A stretch of DNA of 64,000 nucleotides from a candidate division FCPU426 bacterium (GTDB lineage Bacteria > Oederibacteriota > Muellerivitia > Muellerivitales > Muellerivitaceae), in contig CAVYSE010000018.1 of assembly GCA_963771075.1 (NCBI GenBank), positions 192,001 to 256,000 on the forward strand, in the 5' to 3' direction. The translations under genes were made by a program, and so were the position numbers. The number at the start of each line of letters is the position of its first letter. Position 1 is the first letter of the stretch. The notes under the pieces were generated by a model. The model ran no database searches and was not told where the DNA came from. It worked only from the letters and a program-made list of their open reading frames with translations. Positions 51,400 to 61,392 of this stretch are shown in pieces.

Positions 51400-52212
51400 C
51401 TAGGGGGAATCGGGGTGATGTTTGGAGGATCCCCCGAGAAAGTCCTTGAGCGTTCCATCGGCACCGCAAGCATGGTAATTCCCGTCGGTCCATAACACCT
51501 GAAAGACGGGGGAAGAAACCCCGGATTGCCACCACCAGTAGCCCTTGAAAAAAGAAAGCCATCGTTTGGCTTTCGTATCCCGCCACCAGTACCTGCCGCC
51601 CTTCCAAAGCACCCAATGGAATTCATCCCCGGTGCGCCAGCCGTACCAATTCCGGCCGGCCCCGTGAAAGTGGCAATAGTTCCAGGCGTATAACCGGTGC
51701 CAGGTGTATCCCCCCTCGGTTTTTTCCTTGCGGTTGAGGATCTCAATATCCGCGTAAACGTCGGGGTCCATCAGGTTTTGAATGGGCTGTCCCTGGGGGC
51801 AATGATCCAAATCGTTACGAACGGTGATAGGGCTCCCGTCGAAGTATCGCTTGGGCGCGCGGGGGGCTTTCCAATTGAGGCCGTCCGACATTTTGTCCTT
51901 TCCGGATAGAGCGGCCGGTTTGGCAATGTGGGTATCGGTTGCCGCCGGGGCCGACCAGTCTTGGGCGGATAGGGAGGAAGGGACCCATAAAAACAGGGAG
52001 AGAACCAGGAGGCTGGCTGGGTTCGACCGGAAGGCGTTTTTCAGGAGGCGGCTCCCTTGGAATCGCTTTGACCTGCCGCGTCGGGGCGCAAGTCGTATAA
52101 CATCGGCGCTCCCCGGCGTAAGCCGCCCCAACCTCCCGGGGCCGCTGGCTGCGCCGGTAAGACCCCACCCCAAAGCTTGGGATCCACCGGTACACCGTTT
52201 TCGCGAACCCAT
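51400..52212 (-). CDS. Hypothetical secreted Trp-rich protein (true start probably near 52040)
   Basis: Signal-like LLVLSLFLWVPSSLSAQ; WYGW..FHW..RYWW..YWWW. Confidence 0.6.
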   Translation of the reverse strand: MGSRKRCTGGSQALGWGLTGAASGPGRLGRLTPGSADVIRLAPRRGRSKRFQGSRLLKNAFRSNPASLLVLSLFLWVPSSLSAQDWSAPAATDTHIAKPAALSGKDKMSDGLNWKAPRAPKRYFDGSPITVRNDLDHCPQGQPIQNLMDPDVYADIEILNRKEKTEGGYTWHRLYAWNYCHFHGAGRNWYGWRTGDEFHWVLWKGGRYWWRDTKAKRWLSFFKGYWWWQSGVSSPVFQVLWTDGNYHACGADGTLKDFLGGSSKHHPDSP

Positions 52213-54260
52213 TGGGAGATCTGCGCCTGGTAACCGCCCCGGTTCCCGAACATCGCGGGAAAGTTTGGCCGGGGCGCGTTTGCCCCGTTTGTCCCGGCAC
52301 CGAATGGGCCGCCGCCTCCTTGCAGGAGGAAATAACGCACCTGGCCTTCCTTCACCATTTCGGCAAATTCATTCGCGGTCACGATCGGGTCCCCGCCCAT
52401 GAAGCCGCCCAAAGCGATGGCGCTCATGCCGGTTTGAATGATCAAAGGCGCCACGGCCTGGCTGTTTTGGGCCGCGACCAGGTATTTTTCGCTTCCGTGG
52501 TGGCCCATCAAAAAATCCGCCAAGCGCTGGGTGTTCAAGCGATTGGGTTCCCCCCCTCCCCGGCCGAACATTCCATTGTTGTTATTTTCATCGCCCATCA
52601 TCAACTCGGGATTGGCTTCCACCGACCTTCCGCTTCCCAAGACCGGGGAAAGGGCCCAAACCGCGGGGCAGAAGAAGAGGCTTACGACCGCGGCTCCCAG
52701 GAACAGCCTGGTTCCGTTGCCCGGCTTGGTGTCGGTGCGCGTGGCCAAGCCGACCGCCGCGACCGAAATGCCCAGGAGCAGGATGGGAAGCAGGAACAGG
52801 GCCCAATCGGGGAACTGGGCCACGATAAAGGCCTGCCAGGCCGCGCTTAATAATAGGACAAGGGGAAAAAGATTCCGGTTTCCCGATTTAAACTCGACCC
52901 AAAGGGCCCGGATGCCGATACCCGAGAGCGCGGCGAAAGGGGGAACCATCAGGACCAGGTAGTAAAGGTGCGGGGAACCTTGCATGAAACTAAAGACCCC
53001 CCAATACATGAACAGCCATCCGGCCCAAAGGAGCAAATGCTGCCTCACCGGGGGCAGGGGAAGGAGGGTGGGCGCGGGACGCCATGCGATGAAAAACCCG
53101 ACCAGGGCGAGTGGAAAAAACCAGGCCATCTGGCCGGCCATGTTCCGATCGGTCAACCGCAAGGGGCCTGGCTGGCCTGAACCCATGAAGCCGCCTGCGC
53201 CGCGTCCACCCCGGCCCCTTCCACCGTTGGGCCTGTTCAAGGGCTGGTGACTCAATGGCCCTTGGGCCGCATCCGCTGTTTGAGCCGGATTGGCGCGGGC
53301 GGCATGATCCGAGGGGAGCGGGGAATCCGGGTTCGAGGGGGCCGCGGTGGGGGGTGTCGCGGGCCTCTGCCCCCTGGGAAAGGGTCCGCGGTTTCCCCGT
53401 AGGATCCGTTGGAACCCGTTCCAGCCGAGCGAAAGGCTGACCATGGAATTATCCGGGGTGCTTCCCACATAGGGGCGCTGTTCGGGAGGGGTCAGGTCCA
53501 CCGTCATCGGCCATGAAAGTGAAACGACCGCCAGGATCAGGGTGCCATAGGCCAGGTGGGCCAGTTTTTTCCACCAGGTCGCGGGCGCGCCCGCCAAGTA
53601 AACCAGGTAAAAAGCGGGGAGCACCACGAAGGCCGCCATCATTTTGGTATTGAACGCGACGCCGGCCAGGGCCATGGACAGCAACAAAAGCCACCGGTTG
53701 GCCGTTTCAGTGGCGCGAACCAGCGCCCAGGCCGAGCAAAGAAGGACCAGCACCAGGCAGGCATCCACGTTATTGTAACGGTCCACCGCGACGGAGATGG
53801 GTGAGAGGGCCATGACCGCAGCGGCGAAGAGGGCCGCCCAGGCGTCGAACCGGCGCCGGACCAATGCCCAGACCAGGGCCATCGAGGCGAGGCCTTCCAG
53901 CACTTGGGGGAGGATCAAGCTGAATCCCTTGAAGCCGAATAGGTAGGCACTGAGGGCTTGAGCCCAGAGCGCCACGGGAGGTTTATCCACCGTGACCCAG
54001 CCCAAGGGATCGAAAGAAACGAAGAAAAAATTATGCCAGCTCATCAACATGCTGCGGACCGCTGAGGCGTAATAGGGATTGCCAAATTCGTTTTGGCCGA
54101 GGTTCCATAATCGGAAACAGGCCCCCAGCACAAGGAGGACGGTGAGAAGGGACTTCTCCCAAGGTTGGGTGGAGTCCCGCGATAGGGTTGCGGGTTGGGG
54201 CTGGGAACCTGAAGACTTGGAGGATGAACCCGGGTATTTTTGAGGGCGATTGAGTGCCAT
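52041..54260 (-). CDS. ArnT/PMT-like glycosyltransferase (YycA/YkcB-like)
   Basis: GNPYYASAVRSMLMSWHNFFF, VTVDKPP, RYNNVDA, AFNTKM, GGFMGGDP. Confidence 0.88.
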   Translation of the reverse strand: MALNRPQKYPGSSSKSSGSQPQPATLSRDSTQPWEKSLLTVLLVLGACFRLWNLGQNEFGNPYYASAVRSMLMSWHNFFFVSFDPLGWVTVDKPPVALWAQALSAYLFGFKGFSLILPQVLEGLASMALVWALVRRRFDAWAALFAAAVMALSPISVAVDRYNNVDACLVLVLLCSAWALVRATETANRWLLLLSMALAGVAFNTKMMAAFVVLPAFYLVYLAGAPATWWKKLAHLAYGTLILAVVSLSWPMTVDLTPPEQRPYVGSTPDNSMVSLSLGWNGFQRILRGNRGPFPRGQRPATPPTAAPSNPDSPLPSDHAARANPAQTADAAQGPLSHQPLNRPNGGRGRGGRGAGGFMGSGQPGPLRLTDRNMAGQMAWFFPLALVGFFIAWRPAPTLLPLPPVRQHLLLWAGWLFMYWGVFSFMQGSPHLYYLVLMVPPFAALSGIGIRALWVEFKSGNRNLFPLVLLLSAAWQAFIVAQFPDWALFLLPILLLGISVAAVGLATRTDTKPGNGTRLFLGAAVVSLFFCPAVWALSPVLGSGRSVEANPELMMGDENNNNGMFGRGGGEPNRLNTQRLADFLMGHHGSEKYLVAAQNSQAVAPLIIQTGMSAIALGGFMGGDPIVTANEFAEMVKEGQVRYFLLQGGGGPFGAGTNGANAPRPNFPAMFGNRGGYQAQISQWVRENGVPVDPKLWGGVLPAQPAAPGGWGGLRRGAPMLYDLRPDAAGQSDSKGAAS

Positions 54261-54497
54261 GGAATTCCTTGATTTTAGCTATGAATTAAGGGTTTTTGAG
54301 AGTGCGGGAGCTATTCAAAAACATCTTTGGACGCTTCTTTTGGACGTTTCATATAAAGGAGAAGGGCCGTGCGGGGTTTTTGAAACCATGAATTAACCCC
54401 ATGGGGGGCGGGTCTCGTCTAAAATCATTAAACCCCAATTGGGGGGAAGATGAAAGGGCCGTTCGGCCCGACATACCTTTGAAAAGTTGGAGGAAAA

Positions 54498-55154
54498 ATG
54501 AAAAAGAGTCTAAGGATTCTAGGCTTCACGGGTCTTTTGGTGTTGGGTTTCGCTTTTCGGGGCAACGCCCAGGTGAATGTGGGAGTCGCCATAGGCGCCA
54601 ATGGGCAATTGGACGCTTTCCACCTTGCCATCGGCGATTATTTCAAGGTTTCCGAACAGCAGGTTCAAACCTGCCAGGAAAGCAACATCCCGGATGAGCA
54701 ACAGCCGGTCGTGTTCTTTATCGCCCAGAGGGCCGGAGTCGCCCCGGAGGCGGTCCTTTTTCTGCGGGCCAAGGGATGGAGCTGGATGCAGATCGCGTAC
54801 CATTTCCGCCTCAACCCCCGAATCTTTTACACCCCGGGGTCCTATGCCGGGACGCCCTATGCGCATGGTTATAACGCCTTCCAGGCACATGGCCGAATCA
54901 ACCTTTCGGACGCCGACATCGTGAATTTCGTCAATTTAAAGTTCATGTCCGAGCATTACGGCCATGAACCGGCGGAAATCGCCCAAATGCGCGCCCAAGG
55001 AAAGAGCTTCCGGGACATCAATGACGGGTATGTCCAAAAGAAGGAAGCGGTGGAATGGGACGCCAAGCAAGAACCCCATCGTTTTGGAACAAGGTACGGC
55101 GATAATCGCCCGGATGACCGGCGCGATGACCACAGGGACGGCGACCAGCGCTGA
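54498..55154 (+). CDS. Conserved hypothetical secreted protein
   Basis: GGAGG RBS; signal peptide; LSDADIVNFVNLKFMSEHYG. Confidence 0.75.
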   Translation: MKKSLRILGFTGLLVLGFAFRGNAQVNVGVAIGANGQLDAFHLAIGDYFKVSEQQVQTCQESNIPDEQQPVVFFIAQRAGVAPEAVLFLRAKGWSWMQIAYHFRLNPRIFYTPGSYAGTPYAHGYNAFQAHGRINLSDADIVNFVNLKFMSEHYGHEPAEIAQMRAQGKSFRDINDGYVQKKEAVEWDAKQEPHRFGTRYGDNRPDDRRDDHRDGDQR

Positions 55155-55180
55155 GGGCCTGGTGAGGAAATCCGGTATCC

Positions 55181-56590
55181 ATGCCTGACGAATCGTCGGA
55201 GGTTCCCTTCAGGGGGGGTGGGACGGTCATCCTGGAGGCGGGGCCTGATCCGGGACAATTGCTTTTAAAGCTGGAGAGCCTTCGGGCGGCTGGCCCGGGG
55301 AGGGTCCCACCCATCCTCGTGCTGGTCCGCCCCGGCTCGAATGCCCCGATCCCTCCAACTCTTTTGAATCAGTTTCCATCGCTCAAGGGCCTGGAACTGG
55401 GTCCCCAGTGGCGGAAAGAACTCCACCGTTCCATCCCGACCCGCCTTTTTGCCTACCTGCCGGCGCAAAGCCCCTATTCCCCGCCGCCTTGGGATGAGGC
55501 GGGGAAGGGGGACTCTTTCCTCCTTCCGTGGTTTCCCCCGCCCCTTTTGCCTGTGACGGCCCAGATGACCCTGCTTCCCCCGGTTTCGGGATGGATCGCG
55601 GATAAAGACCTGCTTTTGAGGGAAATCCCGGGCGAGGGCCTCCCCACCTTGCGGGATTTTGAGAGCCTTTCGGCTTCCGATCCCCTTTCGTCTTCCCATC
55701 CCCTTTCGTTCTCCTATCTTTCCGCCCCGGCCCTCCCTTCATTTGAAGGGTCTCCGTCCGATGAACCGCCTTTCGGCGGTAAGCCGTACCGGATCCAAAA
55801 AAACTCAAGGGTCTTGGGGATCGTCCCTTATTACCAATGCCGGCCTTGGTTGGAGGAATGCCTGAGGTCCTTGGTGGGCCAAACCCGCCCCTTGGATGGG
55901 ATCGTGGTCGTGGATGACGGGACAGGGGAACCCCCGCTGGACCTGGTGGGAAAATTCAACCAGGTGACCCTCTGGGGGTCGGCGCAAAACGTGGGGCCCT
56001 ATCGGATCGCCCAATCGGTCATCGAGGCGACGCAATACGACGCTTATCTTTTCCAGGACGCGGACGATTGGTCTTCCCTGGACCGCCTGGAACGCCTATT
56101 GGAAGCGGCGCAAAGTTCGGGCGCGGAATTGATCGGCACCCAAGAGCTCATGTACCTGACCGAGAACCTTTTTCCCAACGCCTATGCGAGGGACGTGAAC
56201 CGGGCCCTTTCAAGGTCCAAGGGATACGCCTTGCTTCACCCGAGCAGTTTGGTATCGAGGGACCTGGTCATGCGCCTGGGCGGATACTCCTCCGGCATGC
56301 GCTTCGGCGGGGATTTGGAATTTCAACTGAGGGCCATTTACGCGGCGAGGGTCCGCAACCTGGACCAGTTCTGCTATTTCCGGAGGATCCGGCAGAATTC
56401 ACTGATCACGTCCGAGGCGACGGGGTTGGCCAGCCCCGCGCGCAGGGAACTGCAGGGCCGCATTTGGGCGAGGGCGGATGAAAACAGGGAGAGAACGGCG
56501 GGGGGGAAAGAAGCCCTGCTGAAACCCATCGCCCCGGCGGGGACCCTCAAGCTGGATCATTTGATGGGACCCCCACTGAAACGGACTTAG
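55181..56590 (+). CDS. Glycosyltransferase family 2 with N-terminal extension
   Basis: IVPYY, VVVDDG, FQDADDW, GGYSSGMRFGGDLEF. Confidence 0.82.
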   Translation: MPDESSEVPFRGGGTVILEAGPDPGQLLLKLESLRAAGPGRVPPILVLVRPGSNAPIPPTLLNQFPSLKGLELGPQWRKELHRSIPTRLFAYLPAQSPYSPPPWDEAGKGDSFLLPWFPPPLLPVTAQMTLLPPVSGWIADKDLLLREIPGEGLPTLRDFESLSASDPLSSSHPLSFSYLSAPALPSFEGSPSDEPPFGGKPYRIQKNSRVLGIVPYYQCRPWLEECLRSLVGQTRPLDGIVVVDDGTGEPPLDLVGKFNQVTLWGSAQNVGPYRIAQSVIEATQYDAYLFQDADDWSSLDRLERLLEAAQSSGAELIGTQELMYLTENLFPNAYARDVNRALSRSKGYALLHPSSLVSRDLVMRLGGYSSGMRFGGDLEFQLRAIYAARVRNLDQFCYFRRIRQNSLITSEATGLASPARRELQGRIWARADENRERTAGGKEALLKPIAPAGTLKLDHLMGPPLKRT

Positions 56591-56643
56591 GGTATGGCCG
56601 ATGGGTTTGGCCGAACGGTGGGACGCCCCGCCGCGGTTAAGCG

Positions 56644-57009
56644 CTATTGGCAGGTCAGGACGAAACCCGGGTTCCCTCCGTTGGAGGCGAGCTGGTAGCA
56701 GGGGTTGCTGACGGAAACGGTCTGGCTTCCGCCGCTGATGGTGTAATTGCAGGCGGTGTTCACATAGGGGCATTGAACGCCGATCTTGTGGTTGCCCGAG
56801 CTGACGTTGGAGTAGAGGGTATAGGGCCCCCCGGTCGCGGTCTCAATGACGGAACTGCCCCCGTCAAGGGTAAAGGTCACTCCGCAACCCGTGTCGTTGT
56901 AAATATTAGCCAGGATATTGGCGGTGGACGAGCAGGACCAATGGGCGGCGGCGAGCATCAAGAGGGCGCCGAATATCAGGGCGGGTAAGGCGTAAAGAAA
57001 GTTTTTCAT
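56644..57009 (-). CDS. Small Cys-rich lipoprotein-like protein
   Basis: Signal peptide ending HWSC; several Cys. Confidence 0.65.
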   Translation of the reverse strand: MKNFLYALPALIFGALLMLAAAHWSCSSTANILANIYNDTGCGVTFTLDGGSSVIETATGGPYTLYSNVSSGNHKIGVQCPYVNTACNYTISGGSQTVSVSNPCYQLASNGGNPGFVLTCQ

Positions 57010-57150
57010 GTGTCGCTCCAACGGTAGGTTATCGGCCTTGCGGATATTTTAGACGTTCCGGGCCAATAAAAGTGCCAAAATTAACATTCCGCCCTTTGCT
57101 CCCTTGAATAGGCCGGGTAGCATAGGCCGATCCTCCTGAAGGTGAACCGC

Positions 57151-58929
57151 ATGAAGTTGAAATTCATTTTATTAATTCCGGCGTTTTGGGCCCTGAGCCC
57201 CGTCCTTGCGCCCGCCCAGGGTTTGCCACCGCGCGCTTATGACCTGCCTTCGCTTCGGGCCCAATTAACCTCTTATATTCAGGACCAAGTCAAGAAAAAC
57301 CACGTAAAAGGCCTCAGCCTGGCGGTGGTGGACGGTTCAAACCTGGTCTGGTGCGGGGGATACGGTTGGGCCGATGAGAAAAACAAGGTTCCCGCCACCG
57401 GCGATACCCTTTACATGGCGGGGGGGATCTCCAAGGTCCTGACGGCCCTGGAGGTGATGAAACGGGTCGAACTGAAAAAACTGAAGTTGGACAAGCCAGT
57501 CCAGGCCTATCTCCCGGACTTTTCAATCCATGACCGGTTTTCCCGGCCGCGTCCCATCACCCTGCGATCCTTGCTGGCCCACCATTCGGGCCTGCCCGCA
57601 GCCTACCTGAAGGGAATGTTGTCCCCGAAACCCATGGGCCTGGCGGAGCTGGTTTCGGACCTGAGGGAGGATTCCCTGGTGGCGCCGCCCCAAACCCAAT
57701 TTCGCTTTTCCTACCTGGATTACGACCTTTTGGGCAGGATTCTGGAGACCCAAGGAAACGCCGAATTCCCGGAGGTGATGCGCCGGGACCTGCTGGAACC
57801 CCTGGGGATGGAATCCTCGACCTTTGACGTGACCCTCGAGATGGAGAACAAGCTGGCCAAGGGCTATCTGCGCGGGAAGGTCATGCCGCTTTCCCGCATG
57901 AGGGATTTGCCCGTGTCGGGCATGGCCTCCACCGCCAACGACCTATCCCAATTCATGCGGGCGATTTTGGGCGGCCGGACGGTGTCCGGGAAGCCCTGGA
58001 TCATGGAAAAGACGGTGGCCTCCATGTTTGAGCCCCAATGGCCGGGAATGCCCATCGATTTGGGGCAAAAGGTGGGGTTGGGATGGATGCTGAGCGGGTG
58101 GGAGGTGCCGGGGGCGGAACAGGTCGCCTGGCACGAGGGAAGCCTCTCACCCTATTGCTCCGAGATGGCGGTGCTTTACCAGCAGAAGTTGGGAGTGGCG
58201 CTTCTTTCGAACTCCTCGGAGGCGAAGAAGGCGGCCCGGGATATCGTCACGGGGGCGTTGAAGATGCTGATCCAAGCCAAATTCGGCACCGCGGAAAATA
58301 CAGGGGAGACGAAAAAAGCCGCGCCCAAGGAAATCAAGATCAAACCGGAGGCCCTCGCCCCCTATACGGGATTCTATTCGGCTTTCGGCCAGGTGACCCC
58401 CATGGAGCAGCACGGCACCCATCTTTCCATGAGGCTGTTCAACGCCAACATCGACCTGGTGCCGGTGGGGGAAAACCTCTTCATGCCCCGGGTCAAGTAT
58501 CTCCTCTTTTTCCACTATGATTTTCCCGAATTTATGGTGCGGTTCCGGACCCTCGAGGACCGGCGATTGGCGGTGTTGGATGGCTTTTCCGTGCCGGTGG
58601 CTTTCGAGCGAATCGATCCCGTCCCCGTCCCGCCCGCTTGGGATTCGGTGCTCGGGGAATATGCCCTGGATAACCCGGATGACCTGGTCACCGTCTCCAA
58701 CGTGGATTTATCGGTGAAAAGAGGCGTCCTCACCGCCAGCCTCAAATTCAGCAACAAACCCTATGACGTCAAGAATTACAAATATGACATGGCCTTCACG
58801 CCCCTGTCGGAGAACGAGGCGGTGGTGCCCGGCTTGTTTTTAACCGACGGCGGGACGCTTCGCGTGACGCGGGAAAAGGGCCGGACCCGGCTGTTTTATT
58901 CTGGATATTGGTTCACGAAAATTAAATAA
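57151..58929 (+). CDS. Beta-lactamase-family serine hydrolase homolog with degenerate catalytic motifs
   Basis: GLSLAVV, LLAHHSG, LEPLGM, WHEG; GISK for SxxK; FSY for YSN. Confidence 0.85.
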   Translation: MKLKFILLIPAFWALSPVLAPAQGLPPRAYDLPSLRAQLTSYIQDQVKKNHVKGLSLAVVDGSNLVWCGGYGWADEKNKVPATGDTLYMAGGISKVLTALEVMKRVELKKLKLDKPVQAYLPDFSIHDRFSRPRPITLRSLLAHHSGLPAAYLKGMLSPKPMGLAELVSDLREDSLVAPPQTQFRFSYLDYDLLGRILETQGNAEFPEVMRRDLLEPLGMESSTFDVTLEMENKLAKGYLRGKVMPLSRMRDLPVSGMASTANDLSQFMRAILGGRTVSGKPWIMEKTVASMFEPQWPGMPIDLGQKVGLGWMLSGWEVPGAEQVAWHEGSLSPYCSEMAVLYQQKLGVALLSNSSEAKKAARDIVTGALKMLIQAKFGTAENTGETKKAAPKEIKIKPEALAPYTGFYSAFGQVTPMEQHGTHLSMRLFNANIDLVPVGENLFMPRVKYLLFFHYDFPEFMVRFRTLEDRRLAVLDGFSVPVAFERIDPVPVPPAWDSVLGEYALDNPDDLVTVSNVDLSVKRGVLTASLKFSNKPYDVKNYKYDMAFTPLSENEAVVPGLFLTDGGTLRVTREKGRTRLFYSGYWFTKIK

Positions 58930-58998
58930 TCGGGGCGGTCCCGGGGCCTCACGCCCCTTATCCGAATGGGGCGATCCGCAGGAACAAAAGGCTGGAAC

Positions 58999-59514
58999 AT
59001 GGAAAACCAATTCAAACTGACCCCGGAGCAGGAGTCGAGGAACAAAACCCAGGCCTGGCAGGGAACGGGTTTTATGCTGCTCGTGTTCATCGCGGTGGGA
59101 GGGCTGGGGACCTACCCTCTTTTAAGGGGCGCGGACGGGAACCATTCCAACCTTCTCTTTTTCTGGGGTTTGCTGGGAATCATCTATGTCCTCAGCAGCG
59201 TGGTGGGTTTACGGTCCATGAACGAAAAGATGGTGATCCGGGTGGAGGCGGGGCCGGATGCGATCCTCCTCACCACGAAAAAGAGCCCGGAAACCATCCC
59301 CTACGCGACGATCAAGAAGATGGAGATCCAGACCGACCTGGAGGGGAAAGTGATTTTGATTTATTTAAGGGCGCAGGAAAGTAAAAAGGCCAAACCGGGA
59401 GAAAGGCCTTACCTGTTGTTGGAGGGGTTTGAGGGGATGGACCTCTTGGCCCGTGAAATCGAGAAAAAAATCAAGGCTCCCGGCGTGGTGAGCCGAACCC
59501 AAAAAACAGGATGA
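58999..59514 (+). CDS. Hypothetical membrane protein
   Basis: Two TM helices then a soluble PH-like region. Confidence 0.65.
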   Translation: MENQFKLTPEQESRNKTQAWQGTGFMLLVFIAVGGLGTYPLLRGADGNHSNLLFFWGLLGIIYVLSSVVGLRSMNEKMVIRVEAGPDAILLTTKKSPETIPYATIKKMEIQTDLEGKVILIYLRAQESKKAKPGERPYLLLEGFEGMDLLAREIEKKIKAPGVVSRTQKTG

Positions 59515-59541
59515 AGCCGCGGGCGGCTTAGGCGCGGCGGC

Positions 59542-60822
59542 CTAAGCCCGGTCCTGGATGGCGACGTAGTCCCGTTTCAGGGGCCCCTGGTAGACCTGGC
59601 GGGGACGGGCGATCCGGGTGTCCTTATCATGCCGCATTTCGCGCCAGTGGGCCAGCCAACCGGGCATCCGGCCGATGGCGAAGAGAACCGTGAACATGTT
59701 CACGGGGAAGCCCGCGGCCTTCAAGATCAAGCCCGAGTAAAAATCCACGTTGGGGTAGAGCTTGCGGCTGAGGAAATAATCGTCGTGGGTGGCGATTTCC
59801 TCCAGTTTCAAGGCGATATCGAAGGTGGAATCCAGCATGCCGGGGCGTTTCAGGAGCTTGTGGCACAAGTTCTTGATGATGGCCGCGCGGGGGTCGAAAT
59901 TCTTATAGACCCGATGGCCGAACCCCATCAGTTTTCCCTTGTTGTTCTTGAGGTCCTCCACGAATTTCTCGGGCGTGGTCTTGGTATCGCGCAGGTGTTC
60001 CAGCATCTCGATGACTTCCTGGTTGGCCCCGCCGTGGAGCCTGCCCCAGAGGGCGCTGATGCCCGCCCCCATGACCGCGTAGATATTGGCCAGGCTGGAC
60101 CCGGCCATGCGGACGGTGGAGGTGGAGCAGTTCTGCTCGTGGTCCGCGCTTAAAAGGAAAAACAAGTCCAGCGCCTGCACCACGTCCGGGTCCAATTGGT
60201 AGTCCTTGACGGGCGACGCGAACATCATGTTGAGGAAGTTTTCCACGAATTTGAGCTTGTTGGAGGGGTACACCACCGGTTCGCCGATGGACTTCTTATA
60301 GGAAAAGGCCGCGATGGTCCGGATCTGGCTCATCAGGTTGGCGATGATGATTTCCTCCGAGGCCGGATCCAGGTTGTCCTTGACCGGGTAGAAGGCCGAA
60401 AGGGAAGCGGCCACGCTGGTGAGGATGGCCATGGGGTGGGCGCCCTTGGGGTAGCCGGTAAAGAAGTGAAGCATGTCCTCGTGGATCAGGGAGGACTTGT
60501 TGAGCCTTTCGGAGAAGGATTGAAGATGGGCCTCGCTGGGCAGCTCGCCGTACATGAGCAGGTAGGCGGTTTCGGTGAAAAAGGATTTTTGGGCCAGTTC
60601 CTCGATGGGGATGCCGCGGTAACGCAGGATGCCCTTGTCCCCGTCGATGAAGGTGATGTTGCTCTGGCAGGAACCGGTGTTGCCGTAGCCCGGGTCGAGG
60701 GTAATGTAGCCCGAGTCGTTTCTCAGGGCGGAGATGTCGATCGCTTTTTCGCCTTCCGTCCCAATGATGATGGGATACTCGTAGGTCTTGCCTTCCAGGA
60801 TGATTTTCGCTTTATCCGCCAT
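59542..60822 (-). CDS. gltA: Citrate synthase
   Basis: DHEQNCST, LHGGAN, GFGHRVY, YPNVDFYSG, RPRQ. Confidence 0.97.
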   Translation of the reverse strand: MADKAKIILEGKTYEYPIIIGTEGEKAIDISALRNDSGYITLDPGYGNTGSCQSNITFIDGDKGILRYRGIPIEELAQKSFFTETAYLLMYGELPSEAHLQSFSERLNKSSLIHEDMLHFFTGYPKGAHPMAILTSVAASLSAFYPVKDNLDPASEEIIIANLMSQIRTIAAFSYKKSIGEPVVYPSNKLKFVENFLNMMFASPVKDYQLDPDVVQALDLFFLLSADHEQNCSTSTVRMAGSSLANIYAVMGAGISALWGRLHGGANQEVIEMLEHLRDTKTTPEKFVEDLKNNKGKLMGFGHRVYKNFDPRAAIIKNLCHKLLKRPGMLDSTFDIALKLEEIATHDDYFLSRKLYPNVDFYSGLILKAAGFPVNMFTVLFAIGRMPGWLAHWREMRHDKDTRIARPRQVYQGPLKRDYVAIQDRA

Positions 60823-61034
60823 GATAGACCTCCCCGATAAGATGAGGGCATTGTAAGGAAAGTTATCATGGAGGGAAGAGGCTTTTTCAATATTTCTTCA
60901 ATGAAAATGGATTTCAGGGCACGAAGTCACTCCTGGAAACCGGATCGGAAGCCGGGCCGGTTGAAAGGGCGCGCCCCCGCCAAACTTTTTAGGTGGAAAG
61001 TACGGATTGAAAACCGTTTTTTTCTTGAGAAGGA

Positions 61035-61241
61035 ATGGAAAACCCTAATAATGACCCCATGCATAAGGCCCAATACCAGCTGCGCGATTTGCTGATCCAC
61101 AAAAAAATAGAAATTGTGGGCATGGTCGTTTTCGTGGACCGTAAGAACGCCGTCTATCGGGTCTGTGTGGATGACGACATGCCGGTGGAGAATTGGGGCT
61201 TTCATGAGGTCGATCTCTACCAGAAGAATTTGGTCCCCTAA
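61035..61241 (+). CDS. Small hypothetical protein
   Basis: 68 aa with AAGGA RBS; SH3-like beta pattern. Confidence 0.5.
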   Translation: MENPNNDPMHKAQYQLRDLLIHKKIEIVGMVVFVDRKNAVYRVCVDDDMPVENWGFHEVDLYQKNLVP

Positions 61242-61392
61242 TCCCCTTTCATTCGGCCCCCCCTTGGCCTTTTTAAAAGGAATTAAAGGCGAAACCCACC
61301 TTCGGGAAGTTTCAGCCGTCTTTTCAAATAAATCCCCTGGTTTTGCGATAAAATAAAGCGAGTTGTTTCCCTTCATCCACCGTTGGAGCCTT

